From positions 1-64,000 of IMG/VR virus record IMGVR_UViG_2767802041_000001: DNA of 64,000 nt. The stretch is one strand, 5' to 3'. This stretch comes from a virus. Its lineage: Duplodnaviria; Caudoviricetes. The translations under genes were made by a program, and so were the position numbers. Positions 19,051 through 28,677 of this stretch are shown here, one piece after another (the stretch's first letter is position 1; the number at the start of each line of letters is the position of its first letter). The notes beneath the pieces were generated by a model. The model worked only from the letters and a program-made list of their open reading frames with translations, had not been told where the DNA came from and made no database searches.

Positions 19051-19974
19051 ATGACCGACACCACCACGAACGAGCACCAGGTCGACGACGAACCCGCGCC
19101 CGGACCAAGCGGCGCCGCGGCAGACATCTTCGCCAACCTCCTCGACGCCGTAGTCAAGGTCGTCGAGGAGCCGACCGAATACACCAGCCTCCGCGGCCTG
19201 CCCACCGGGTTCCGCGATCTCGACGCCGTCACCGGCGGGCTCACCCCCGGCACCTTGACCGTCATTGCCTCCCGGCCTCAGATCGGACGGACGACGCTCC
19301 TTACCGACATCTGCCGGAACACCGCCATCCAGAACAACATGCCGACCGCGGTGTTCTCCCTGGAGGAGACCGGCGAGTTCTTCCTCATGCGGGTCCTGTC
19401 CGCCGAAGCCCGCGTGTCCAGGAACCACCTCCGCTACGGCACCATGACCGACGACGACTGGACCCGAGTCGCTCGCCGAGCGCCGATCATCGCCGAGGCC
19501 CCGCTCCACGTCATGACGCCGGCCCGGCTCACGATGGCCGACCTGGCGGCCCAGGCCCGCGAACTCGTTGACGAACACGACCTCAGCCTCTTGGCCGTCG
19601 ACGGGATTCAGGACATCCGGCCAGCGAAGCGCAGCGACCTCCGCGAGCGCGAGGTCGGCGACGTCGTCCGTGACCTCAAGTCCCTTGCCCGCGAGCTGAA
19701 CATCCCCGTCGTCGCCACCAGCCACCTGAACCGCAACCCGGAGCACCGGATCGACCGCCGCCCCATGCTTGACGACCTCCGCGAGTCCGGCGCCATCACC
19801 TTTGCCGCGGACACCATCCTGCTGCTCCACCGCGAGGACGCGTACACCCTGGACACCCCACGGGCCGGCGAGGCCGACTTCTACGTCGCAAAGCACCGGC
19901 AGGGACCGTCCTGCGTCATCACCACGGCGTTCATGGGGCACTACGGCCGATTCGTCGACATGAACCGGACCTAG
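19051..19974 (+). CDS. DnaB-like helicase C-terminal domain, degenerate Walker motifs
   Basis: LPTGFRDLDAVTGGL, FSLE, LK.LARELNIPVV..S.LNR, DLRESGAI...AD, KHRQGP; no N-terminal domain. Confidence 0.85.
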   Translation: MTDTTTNEHQVDDEPAPGPSGAAADIFANLLDAVVKVVEEPTEYTSLRGLPTGFRDLDAVTGGLTPGTLTVIASRPQIGRTTLLTDICRNTAIQNNMPTAVFSLEETGEFFLMRVLSAEARVSRNHLRYGTMTDDDWTRVARRAPIIAEAPLHVMTPARLTMADLAAQARELVDEHDLSLLAVDGIQDIRPAKRSDLREREVGDVVRDLKSLARELNIPVVATSHLNRNPEHRIDRRPMLDDLRESGAITFAADTILLLHREDAYTLDTPRAGEADFYVAKHRQGPSCVITTAFMGHYGRFVDMNRT

Positions 19975-19984
19975 AACCTCGAAT

Positions 19985-20017
19985 CGTATTGCTTAGCAAT
20001 ACGAGAATGGGTATGTT
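19985..20017 (+). promoter_or_regulatory. Palindromic operator plus promoter, copy 1
   Basis: CGTATTGC-TTA-GCAATACG; TTGCTT-17-TATGTT. Confidence 0.75.
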
Positions 20018-20092
20018 GGATGCGCACCCGGGTCCTCGCCGCGCGAGTCCGACCCGGGCACGCCACTCAGCACAGGCATCCAGGAGGCTCCG

Positions 20093-20347
20093 ATGGACAA
20101 CATCACCCGCACCCAGCTCGAAGGCCTCGCCGACTTCTTCGCCACGATCACCCCGGCCACCGAAGCCGAACAGGCCAGTCAGGGCCTCCTGAACAGCAAC
20201 CGTGAAGCGTTCATCACCAAGATTGCCACCCCCGCCGTTGAGGCCGCCGCCACAGGAGGGACCGTCACCACAACCCTCCTGTACAGCCCCGAGCGACTTG
20301 CCGAAGCCCGTGCGACCCGCAGGCGCAGGGCATCCACCGCCTCCTGA
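20093..20347 (+). CDS. Hypothetical protein
   Basis: AGGAGG RBS, downstream of operator/promoter copy 1. Confidence 0.7.
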   Translation: MDNITRTQLEGLADFFATITPATEAEQASQGLLNSNREAFITKIATPAVEAAATGGTVTTTLLYSPERLAEARATRRRRASTAS

Positions 20348-20373
20348 AGCCAGATCCCGGAGAATGGGCCAGT

Positions 20374-20676
20374 ATGACCAACGCCGCCAGCTTCACGCCT
20401 CAGAACGAAGAGCAGCCCGCCTGGTCGGGTGCGACGGAACTCGCCTCGGATCGGGAGATCGCCAGGGTCGCTGCGACCGGGATCGTCGGCTACCGGCAGA
20501 ACCAGGGGCGGCTCCTGCACTGCCTCGCCCACAAGCCCGCACCCGTCAGCAGGTGGGCCGACTTCCACGAGGTCAGCGCCGACGACCTCGACGACGGCGG
20601 GATCTGCGTCCATCCCGACTGCGGCCGAGACCTCCTCGCCGCCTGGCCCGTCGCCTCCGAGGAGTCCACGCGATGA
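20374..20676 (+). CDS. Hypothetical protein (Cys/His motifs)
   Basis: GGAG RBS; HCLAH and CVHPDC. Confidence 0.65.
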   Translation: MTNAASFTPQNEEQPAWSGATELASDREIARVAATGIVGYRQNQGRLLHCLAHKPAPVSRWADFHEVSADDLDDGGICVHPDCGRDLLAAWPVASEESTR

Positions 20677-20728
20677 CCGTGTACGACGACTAGCCCACCG
20701 CGCCCGGCCCTGCCCGCACTACCACGAC

Positions 20729-20758
20729 AGCCCCCGCCCGTATACCGGTCGGGGGCTT
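20729..20758 (+). terminator. Hairpin family copy A
   Basis: AGCCCCCGCCCGTATACCGGTCGGGGGCTT. Confidence 0.6.
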
Positions 20759-20827
20759 CGCCGTACACGCCGGCCGACCTCACCGAAACCCCGGACAAGC
20801 CACCACCAGGCCGACAACACTGACCGC

Positions 20828-21277
20828 ATGACGACGAACCGGCCAGCCGCGGCTCAGCACTACCTGCTCGTTCAAGTCGACGGCACCCTGACCTCCCACA
20901 GGGACACCTTCCATGTGATGCGCAACAAGATCGACCAAGGGGAGGGCGAAACCGGCATGGAAGACATCCCGAACTTCTACCCGGTCACGGCCTACCACTA
21001 CGTACCGTTCGACAACCCCGAACAGCAGCGCATGAACAAGGTCGCCAACGGCATCTTCTGGGAACTCAGCAAGCCAGACACCGACGGCGCCACGCCCGAA
21101 CACTTCGAGCTTTACGAGCAGCCCGAGCCCCACGACCCGCAAGACCGCGTCATCAAGATGCGCGGCCCCGTCGTCTTCTGCGCCCGCTTCGACAGCCTGA
21201 GCTTCACCCACGCGGACACCATCAGAGCCGCGCACGAACAGGCCCTCAAGCGCCTCCAGACCAAGGGCTGGATCTAG
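20828..21277 (+). CDS. Hypothetical protein
   Basis: ATG 20828 (MTTNRPAAAQHYLLVQ...), coding-like composition. Confidence 0.7.
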   Translation: MTTNRPAAAQHYLLVQVDGTLTSHRDTFHVMRNKIDQGEGETGMEDIPNFYPVTAYHYVPFDNPEQQRMNKVANGIFWELSKPDTDGATPEHFELYEQPEPHDPQDRVIKMRGPVVFCARFDSLSFTHADTIRAAHEQALKRLQTKGWI

Positions 21278-21291
21278 AAGCCGAATCCGAC

Positions 21292-21322
21292 AGGCCCCCG
21301 CCCGCACACCGGTCGGGGGCTT
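21292..21322. terminator. Hairpin family copy B, between convergent genes
   Basis: AGGCCCCCGCCCGCACACCGGTCGGGGGCTT. Confidence 0.65.
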
Positions 21323-21329
21323 CGGTACG

Positions 21330-22040
21330 TCAGGGGGCCTTCTCCACCGTCGCCGTGTCGATCCACCGGGCAAGGATGCTGAACGCGGCCAACTGCTCCA
21401 GCGCCTCGTTCTCCTCCAACTCGTCACCGGCCTCGTGCGCGATCGGGTTCCGAATGCCCGCGTACACACCGCGGGCGAACGCCGCCGCACCGTCGTGCCG
21501 GCTACGCCACGTGTCGCTGTCCTCCTTCGGCGCCAGACGCAGCCGCGGCTTCCCCGGCTCAGGATCCTTCGTGCTGAACGCGTCCCCGAGGAGCTTCGAC
21601 TCCGACAGATCCTTCCTGCCGACCTTCGCCTGCGCCTGGGCGTTCACCGCGACCGCAGCCATCCCTACGGCCTGCCGGTAGTGGCCGCTCCCCCATAGGC
21701 CCTGCACGCTCCCCCACACCCACGGATGCAGAGTCGACGCGTCCAACTGCGGTGCGCCAGAGCCGAGGTTCTCGGCCAGCTCCTGCTCGGCCCGCAACTG
21801 AGCGATTGCTCTAGTCGAAGCTTCCAGCTCCCGCCAGTAGCGATACGAGTTCTTCGGCCAGGCCGCCGTTCGCCAGGTCGGCACCACTCTGTCGAGGATG
21901 TGTTCAACTACTTGCGCCTCCCCCTGGACATTCGCAATGGGGTAATTTCTTCTCCACGCAGACCCGGTCCAGGTGACGGACGCAGTGCGTATGAAGCTCT
22001 CAAGCTTCTCGATGGCCCATTCGTGGTTGATCTGAGTCAT
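21330..22040 (-). CDS. TIGR02391-like protein
   Basis: LHPWVW...GHYRQAV...L..DAFS...GIRNPIAHE...EALEQLA.FS.L pattern. Confidence 0.7.
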   Translation of the reverse strand: MTQINHEWAIEKLESFIRTASVTWTGSAWRRNYPIANVQGEAQVVEHILDRVVPTWRTAAWPKNSYRYWRELEASTRAIAQLRAEQELAENLGSGAPQLDASTLHPWVWGSVQGLWGSGHYRQAVGMAAVAVNAQAQAKVGRKDLSESKLLGDAFSTKDPEPGKPRLRLAPKEDSDTWRSRHDGAAAFARGVYAGIRNPIAHEAGDELEENEALEQLAAFSILARWIDTATVEKAP

Positions 22041-22205
22041 AGGCGCATGATGCTCGCCCGCTCCGACATCGAGCGATAATTCCTCGGCCTCGCATCGGCG
22101 TGTCGCGCGTGCCCTGCCCGGTTCGGGTGGGGGGTGACGTGTTTCCGCCCGCTTGTCAGCCCCCGGTGCCACAGTGGACACAACCCCCGCACCGAGGAGC
22201 ATGCC

Positions 22206-22475
22206 GTGGACCAGGACCCCGCACCGCAGTCGGCCGGACGCTGCACCGCCGCGCACATTGAGGACCCCACCCCCTGCCAGGGCCCGTACGACGCCGTCAC
22301 CGTCCTCGACGGGACCGGGAACGTGGCCACCGGGTGCGAGCACCACGGGGCGCGCACGCTCGCCTCCGTGGAGGGGGCCTGTGTTGAGCCGGGCAGCGTC
22401 GTAGGGGCGGCCAGCCGGGCGTACGCGGCGTCCAGGGCGATCAGACCGTTCCGGCCGGCGGACACCAACGCGTAG
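22206..22475 (+). CDS. Hypothetical protein (Cys/His-rich)
   Basis: GAGGAG RBS before GTG; CTAAH.EDPTPC, CEHHG. Confidence 0.6.
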   Translation: MDQDPAPQSAGRCTAAHIEDPTPCQGPYDAVTVLDGTGNVATGCEHHGARTLASVEGACVEPGSVVGAASRAYAASRAIRPFRPADTNA

Positions 22476-22502
22476 GCGTACCGCGGGATTGCCGCAGTGC
22501 TG

Positions 22503-22530
22503 AGCCCCTGACCGGTGTGGTCGGGGGCTT
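22503..22530 (+). terminator. Hairpin family copy C
   Basis: AGCCCCTGACCGGTGTGGTCGGGGGCTT. Confidence 0.6.
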
Positions 22531-22558
22531 CGTCATACCCGGACACCGATCCCAGATT

Positions 22559-22591
22559 CGTATGGCTATGCAATACGTTTCGCGGTATTAT
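22559..22591 (+). promoter_or_regulatory. Palindromic operator plus promoter, copy 2
   Basis: CGTATGGC-TAT-GCAATACG; TGGCTA-17-TATTAT. Confidence 0.7.
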
Positions 22592-22705
22592 GGTGCATCA
22601 CCTCGCGGGAGCGGCGGGATGGTTGGCCGGATTTGGGCTGACCCTGGAAGAGCCCCCTCCCCCGGGCCCCGAACGCCCAGCGAGCCCACGCCACCTGGAG
22701 CCCTG

Positions 22706-23143
22706 ATGCCCACCTCACCCACCCCCGCCGACCGCCCCACCGAGGAGCTGGCCGCCACGATCGAGACCGTGCTGCGTGAGTCGCTGCCCGTCTGGTGGCA
22801 GACCCCGCCGCGCCTGGACTGGGCTGCCCTGGCGGTGGCCCGGCAGCTCCTCGGCACCAGCATGTGCCCCGAGTGCCGCGACACGGGGGCATGCAACGGC
22901 GGCCCGACCCCGCCGTCGCGACCCGCCGCCGCGCGAGCGTCACCCGCCGCCACCCGGACGCGGAGACCCGCACCGTGCGGAAGACCACCACGTACACCGT
23001 CGAGCCGGCCGAGCCGCCCACGCACCTGCCGAAGGGCACGAACGCCGAGGACTGCCCCGCCTGCAAGGGCACCAACCCGCCGTACCCGTTCCTCTGCCCC
23101 GGCCCGCCCGCTGCCCCTGCAGCGCCCGAGGAGCCCACCATGA
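22706..23143 (+). pseudogene. Mosaic or frameshifted hypothetical gene
   Basis: Protein-like sequence switches frame near 22905. Confidence 0.35.
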
Positions 23144-23403
23144 CCACGCCCGTCACCGACCACCACCCCGAGCCCTGGTTCTGGGGAGCCGACACCGACC
23201 GCTGCCCCCACGGCCCCGAGCCCGAGGACGACACCACCGACGCATGGGAGCAGTGGACCGACCGGCACCCCTGGTCCCCGCAGGACGTCCGCGTCTGCCT
23301 CGACGCCCCGATGGGCGACCAGTGCGCCGAGTGCTCCGAGGAGCACGGGGAGAACGTCCCCTGGGCGGACTGCGACGAGCGCACCGCCACCCCCGCCGCC
23401 TGA
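23140..23403 (+). CDS. Hypothetical acidic Cys-rich protein
   Basis: GAGGAG RBS, ATGA overlap. Confidence 0.65.
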   Translation: MTTPVTDHHPEPWFWGADTDRCPHGPEPEDDTTDAWEQWTDRHPWSPQDVRVCLDAPMGDQCAECSEEHGENVPWADCDERTATPAA

Positions 23404-23467
23404 TCACCCCTGCTGTGTGGCCGCCCCACCACAGGCGGCCACACCACACCCCGGAAGGACCACCGTC

Positions 23468-23788
23468 ATGGCCGAGCCGATCGTCACCACCACCCGCCAC
23501 GAAGTCAGCATCTTCCCCCTCGATGACATCAACCGCCGCGCCTTCACCCTCTACGTCGAACGCCTCCGCTACCGCCGCCCCGGCGAAGGCGAGTGGCGTG
23601 TCATCGACGGCGTCTACGGCTACAACGAGCGCGCGCTCCCGGACACCGACGTGCGTGACGCCCCCGGCTTCGACGAGACCACCGCCCTCGGCATCGCGAA
23701 GGAGGCCGCCCGCCACATCGTCGTCAACGGCATGTCCGCCACCGAGGTGTACGACCGCACCCGCCCCGCCCCCGAGGGGGCCCGGTGA
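23468..23788 (+). CDS. Hypothetical protein
   Basis: GGAAGGA RBS. Confidence 0.65.
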   Translation: MAEPIVTTTRHEVSIFPLDDINRRAFTLYVERLRYRRPGEGEWRVIDGVYGYNERALPDTDVRDAPGFDETTALGIAKEAARHIVVNGMSATEVYDRTRPAPEGAR

Positions 23789-23937
23789 CCGGCCAGCCCG
23801 TCTGCCAGTGGTGCGGGCAGCCTCCCGTCGGCACACCCCGGTGGTGGGACGGGCGGCCACAGTGCGAAGACGTGTTCGCCTGCCAGCAGCGGGCCGTTGA
23901 CCAGAGCGGGCACAGCGAAGGCGCGGCCGGCGTGTAG
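23785..23937 (+). CDS. Small Cys-rich hypothetical protein
   Basis: GTGA overlap; CQWCG...C....C. Confidence 0.45.
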   Translation: MTGQPVCQWCGQPPVGTPRWWDGRPQCEDVFACQQRAVDQSGHSEGAAGV

Positions 23938-24313
23938 CTCACCGGCCGCGCCTTCGACCCTGCCCCGCCCTGCCCCTGAAAGAGGGTCAGAGAAATGGCG
24001 GGAAGCCCTCTGGGCCACTTGGCGCGCTGCGATACGCCCAAGCGTTCCAATAGCTCCCCGCCACGTTCCGGACAGGTTGCGGGAATTCCCTGCTGCAAGA
24101 CCGAAACCGAACACGCTTCACGGTTTGGTCGGGATTCCCACACATGCCCCACCCGCCCAGGACGCTGCGAAGATCCGCAGGCCAGCGAGGCACCAGCCCA
24201 GCATCGTAGGTAAACAGCGAGTTTTCTAGGGGAACTTTTCAGTATTAAAACCAGTGCCTACAACTAGGCTCACGGCGTGCCACATGTCTCATACACCGGG
24301 GGAAAAGCAGAGC

Positions 24314-25150
24314 ATGAGCAAGGTAAGTAAGGGTGCCCTTCGTGAACTCCTGATGGAGCGTCGGGCGCTGATTGACCCCAAGGGACACGGCTTCATCCGC
24401 CCGACCAAACAGGGACGGCGAGCCCCCGGGCTGACACAACACCAGATCGACACGCTGACCAACCGCTCGGACGGCACGTACCAGCGCCTGGAGTCCGGAA
24501 CCTGGGCCAACCCTCCCGGCGACTACCTCCGCGACGTCGCAACCCTCCTCGGCCTCAACGAGCAGGAATGGACCAGCCTGTGCCGGTACGCGGGCATCGG
24601 CGACCCCCCAGGCCCCCTCACCCCCGAGTCCGGCAAACAAGTCCCCGGAGTGTGGCAGGAAGCCGTCGACGGCATGCTCCACCCCGCCTACGTCACCGAC
24701 GCCTCCTGGGAGCTCATAGCCCACAACCGGGAGTTCGCCCGCCTCTTCCCCGGCGGGCAGGTGCCCCGCAACACCATGCGATGGATGGTGTTGGAGAAGG
24801 GCGGCCGGCGCATGCTCACCGACTGGCACACCGCCTGGGCCCCCCTCGTCCTCCCCCAACTCCGAGCCGCCCTCTCCACCCGCCCCGACGACCCGATCCT
24901 CCGCCAACTCGAGCAGGATGTTCTCGCCGACCCGGACTGTGCCCCCATCTGGTCCGGGGCGGTCGCCCACATCCACCCCGATGGCGACGAGCGCCCTCTC
25001 CTCCACGCCGAGGACGGCCCCGGCTGGGTGACGATGTGCGCGGCGCAGCCGATGACCGCCCCCGGGGCCCGTCTGATCGTGCTGGTGTTCCATGCCGGGG
25101 AGTCCCGGGCGCACGCCCGCACCCCCGTCCTCCGCGCCGACTCGACCTGA
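24314..25150 (+). CDS. MmyB-family regulator (XRE HTH plus PAS-like ligand-binding domain)
   Basis: L.ERRA...GRRAPGLTQ....L...S...Y.RLE.G HTH; PAYVTDASWELIAHN...N.MRW...DW signature. Confidence 0.85.
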   Translation: MSKVSKGALRELLMERRALIDPKGHGFIRPTKQGRRAPGLTQHQIDTLTNRSDGTYQRLESGTWANPPGDYLRDVATLLGLNEQEWTSLCRYAGIGDPPGPLTPESGKQVPGVWQEAVDGMLHPAYVTDASWELIAHNREFARLFPGGQVPRNTMRWMVLEKGGRRMLTDWHTAWAPLVLPQLRAALSTRPDDPILRQLEQDVLADPDCAPIWSGAVAHIHPDGDERPLLHAEDGPGWVTMCAAQPMTAPGARLIVLVFHAGESRAHARTPVLRADST

Positions 25151-25411
25151 CGCACCAGCACGCCCCCGACCGAGGCCACCTGCGCGCACCACCCCCATCG
25201 CGCAGGTGGCCTCCCCCATGCGCCGCCCCGCACCCGAGAGCACCCCCGCGCCCGCGGCCGCCACCCCACCGGGCGCACAGGCACCACCGGCCACAGCAAC
25301 CACAAACAGACCGCCCGCCCCGTTCCCCACCCCGCTGATCAGGGGCAATACCGGCTGGCACGTGCCATATGTTGTGCAGACCACCGCCGCCCAGGCCTGC
25401 CGGAGGATGTC

Positions 25412-26461
25412 GTGCCCGCCTACATAGCCCAACCCGTCACCGTGTTCCCTCAGCATCAGATCACCACGGCCGAGATCGCCGACGACATCCGCCACCACCA
25501 CCCCGACCACCCCAAGCTCGGTGCGATCCTCCGCATGCTCACGAACACCGGGGTCGCCACCCGGTACTTCACCCGCCCCCTGGCCGCCCCCACCGTCGCC
25601 GGCACCGCTGGGGTCGGCACCCGGGCGGCCGCAGCCTTCGGCGACGCCCTCGACCTCGCCACGGAAGCAGCCCGCCGCACCCTCACCCTTCACCGCCTGG
25701 CCCCGGTCGACGTCGACGCCATCATCACCACCCACTCCACCGGGTGGGCCGTCCCCAACCTCGACATCCACCTCATCAACTGGCTCGGGCTGCGCCCCGA
25801 CGTACGGCGCATCGCACTGACCACCCTCGCCTGCGCCGGCGGCACCCACGCCCTGATTCGCGCCGTCGACATGGTCACCGCCCGCCCTGGCGCCACCGTC
25901 CTCGTCGTCGCCGCAGAGGTCATCTCCGCCGTGTACAACCACGCCGACGACGCCGTGGAGCACATGATCTACAAGGCGTTGTTCGGCGACAGCGCCGCCG
26001 CCACGATCGTCACCAGCAGCCACCGCGGCCCCGGACTGCACGTCGCCACCCCCGACGACACGTACGAGCACGTCCTCCCCGCCAGCCTCACCCGTTACAA
26101 CGGAAGGGTCGACGCGACCGGGTTCCACTTCGACAGCACGAAGGACGCCCTCACCGCCGCGGACGACGTCCTCCCCGACCTGTTGAAGTGGCTCGGCCCC
26201 GAGCTCGTCGACTTCGGGGTCATTCACCCCGGATCGCAGCGCATCATCAACGACACCGCCCGCGCCCTCGGCCTCGACGCCCACGACACCCGGCACAGCA
26301 CCGACACCCTTGCCGAGGAGGGCAACCTCGGCGGGCCGTCCGTGCTGCGCATCCTGGAACGCACCCATGGCAAACCCCCGACTGCCGGGTCGCGCGGGGT
26401 GATGGTCGCCTACGGGCCCGGGTTCAACACCGCGGCAATCCGGGGAACCTGGCACGCCTGA
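25412..26461 (+). CDS. Type III polyketide synthase
   Basis: Catalytic triad motifs LACAGG (Cys), IHPGS (His), GNLGG (Asn); LFGDSAAA; YGPGF. Confidence 0.92.
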   Translation: MPAYIAQPVTVFPQHQITTAEIADDIRHHHPDHPKLGAILRMLTNTGVATRYFTRPLAAPTVAGTAGVGTRAAAAFGDALDLATEAARRTLTLHRLAPVDVDAIITTHSTGWAVPNLDIHLINWLGLRPDVRRIALTTLACAGGTHALIRAVDMVTARPGATVLVVAAEVISAVYNHADDAVEHMIYKALFGDSAAATIVTSSHRGPGLHVATPDDTYEHVLPASLTRYNGRVDATGFHFDSTKDALTAADDVLPDLLKWLGPELVDFGVIHPGSQRIINDTARALGLDAHDTRHSTDTLAEEGNLGGPSVLRILERTHGKPPTAGSRGVMVAYGPGFNTAAIRGTWHA

Positions 26462-26538
26462 CCCGCCACTGCGCCCCCGCGTCGGACCGCACCCGACCGG
26501 GGGCAACGAAACGCCTCACCGGGTCCAGCATTGGAGGT

Positions 26539-26988
26539 ATGAGCCCTTCCCCTCGCTCCAGCGAGTCCAACCTGGTCGCCCACGCCCGCCGCGAACTCCG
26601 CATCCTCGGCGAAGACCCCGACACCATCCGCGGCCTCTGCAAGGTCGTCCAAGCGTTCGCCAACATGGGCCACAGCGGCGGCAGCGCACCCCACGCCATC
26701 GCCTACCTGGAGCGCCTCCTGCGGTTCCAGCCCCTTACCGACCTCACCGACGACCCCGCCGAGTGGATCGACCGGTACGCCGAAGGCATGACCTCGACCC
26801 CTCTCTGGCAGTCCAACCGCAACAGCGAGGCGTTCTCCACCGACGGCGGGAAGACTTACTACCTCCTGTCCGAGCAGCAGGCCGCCGGGGACATCGCCAC
26901 CACCCCGCTCCACCGCTCTACCGAGCTTCCGCGAGCAGAGATGACCATCACCACCTGGCCTGATGAGGCCGCGGTGAAGGAATCATGA
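26539..26988 (+). CDS. Hypothetical phage protein
   Basis: GGAGG close to the ATG; GHSGGSA...L.FQPLTDLT motif. Confidence 0.65.
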   Translation: MSPSPRSSESNLVAHARRELRILGEDPDTIRGLCKVVQAFANMGHSGGSAPHAIAYLERLLRFQPLTDLTDDPAEWIDRYAEGMTSTPLWQSNRNSEAFSTDGGKTYYLLSEQQAAGDIATTPLHRSTELPRAEMTITTWPDEAAVKES

Positions 26989-27674
26989 GCGTCGCCCCGG
27001 AACCTGACCAGTCGGGCCTGAACGACTGGTACAAGGCAGGCTGCTCCCGTGCCTGCGCCAACCAGCACACCCTCCAGTGGGGGCGCTGCGCCCACGCCGA
27101 AGTGCCCACCGACGAATCCTTCATCGTCGCCAAAACCGCCCTCGCGACCCCAGAGTCCTGGCCCTACATCTGCGGCACCCCGCGCCACACCAAGCTTCTG
27201 GACTGGCTGCGCACACACGATATCGAACCCAGCTGCGTCTCCTCCGACGATCCGCTCAGCCTCGCCACCGGATCTGACGGCACCCGGCTGATCGAGTACA
27301 CGCAGTACCTCGTCACTGCGGAAGGTCACCGGTACCTGGACCCGAAGGACCGCACGGTCGCTGCCAAGGAAACTCGTCGCGCACCTGTGAAGACCGACCC
27401 CCCGCGGCCGAAGCGCGCCGACATCACCACCCTCGCGCTCCTCCAAGCAATCCACGACCACGCCACACGCCCCGTCCCGCTCGGGAAGTACCGGTGGGAG
27501 ATCCCGGGCGCCTGGTGGACGCTGTGCACGGTTTACCCGGAGAAGGTGGTCACCGCGGCGTACGTCCGGGAGGACGACCGCGGGCACCTGGAGTGCGGTG
27601 TCAGCCTCCGTACGAGCTGGCTCACCGACGAAGGGCGGGCCCGCCTTGTCGAACTGCGAGGCGCCCCGATCTGA
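26985..27674 (+). CDS. Hypothetical protein
   Basis: ATGA overlap, AAGGA RBS. Confidence 0.65.
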   Translation: MSVAPEPDQSGLNDWYKAGCSRACANQHTLQWGRCAHAEVPTDESFIVAKTALATPESWPYICGTPRHTKLLDWLRTHDIEPSCVSSDDPLSLATGSDGTRLIEYTQYLVTAEGHRYLDPKDRTVAAKETRRAPVKTDPPRPKRADITTLALLQAIHDHATRPVPLGKYRWEIPGAWWTLCTVYPEKVVTAAYVREDDRGHLECGVSLRTSWLTDEGRARLVELRGAPI

Positions 27675-27689
27675 CCGGCAAGCTGCGCC

Positions 27690-28460
27690 CTACGGTGCGA
27701 CACGTCCGTTGGTGTTGAACGCGGCGTGCGTGAGCGGCATCAGCCCCGCCCAGTGCGCCTCCATCAGCTCCCCCACCATCTCAATCTCCCGCTGAGGGAA
27801 CGACGGGACCTTGGCATCGGGGTGGGTGGTGCGGAGCCCCAGGAAGTGCATCAGCGACCTGGCGTTGCACGTCGCGTACATCGACGAGTACAGGCCGACC
27901 GGGAGGACCGACCGGGCGACCTCCCGGGCCACACCCGCGGCCAGCATGGCCTCGTAGGCGGCGTACGCCTCCCGGTACGCGACCTCCATGTGCAGCCGCG
28001 TGAAGTCGTGCAGTCCAGCCGGGCCGTCCACGAACTCGTACCGCCCGGACTTTCCCTGCTGCACCAGCTTTCGGTCCTCGCCGGGCCAGTAGAACACCGG
28101 CTCCAGCTCCCGGTACCTCCCCGACTCCTCGTTGTACGACCAGCCGGCCCGGTGCCGCATGAACTCGCGGAACACGAAGATCGGGGCGCTGATGAAGAAC
28201 GTCATCGACGTGTGTTCCCAAGGTGATCCATGCCTGTCCCGCATGAGGTAGTTGATCAGCCCCCGGTCCCGGGCCGTCTGCGGGTGCTCCACCGCGGTGT
28301 GCTCCAGGTCGACCATGGCGCGGGCCGGGAAGCTCCGCTCACCCAAGGTGGACACCCGGGCCGCGAACAGCACGTCCGCGTCGGACGCGGACGCCTTCAC
28401 CAGCTCCACGGTGACGTCGTCACGGAACTTCGGCTGGGCGGGCATGGGGGTGTCGGTCAC
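27690..28460 (-). CDS. thyX: FAD-dependent thymidylate synthase
   Basis: AARVS, HGSPWEH, RHR...SYNEESGRY motifs; GTG start after GGAG. Confidence 0.93.
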   Translation of the reverse strand: MTDTPMPAQPKFRDDVTVELVKASASDADVLFAARVSTLGERSFPARAMVDLEHTAVEHPQTARDRGLINYLMRDRHGSPWEHTSMTFFISAPIFVFREFMRHRAGWSYNEESGRYRELEPVFYWPGEDRKLVQQGKSGRYEFVDGPAGLHDFTRLHMEVAYREAYAAYEAMLAAGVAREVARSVLPVGLYSSMYATCNARSLMHFLGLRTTHPDAKVPSFPQREIEMVGELMEAHWAGLMPLTHAAFNTNGRVAP

Positions 28461-28677
28461 CAGGACTCCAGGAAAGGGAAGGGTACCGCTCGGTGACACC
28501 AATTTTACGGCGATTCGAGTCGGTATATCTCCCTGGTTCAGGCCCAGTTGCCCGACTCTGCACCGCGTTGTCAGTGCCCCGTGGCACGCTGACCTTCCGG
28601 TGGTGGTCCGCCTCGAAGCCGATGCCACCACCGGCCCACCCGCACCAAGGCGAGGACCCTTCCCATGGCACTGAACT

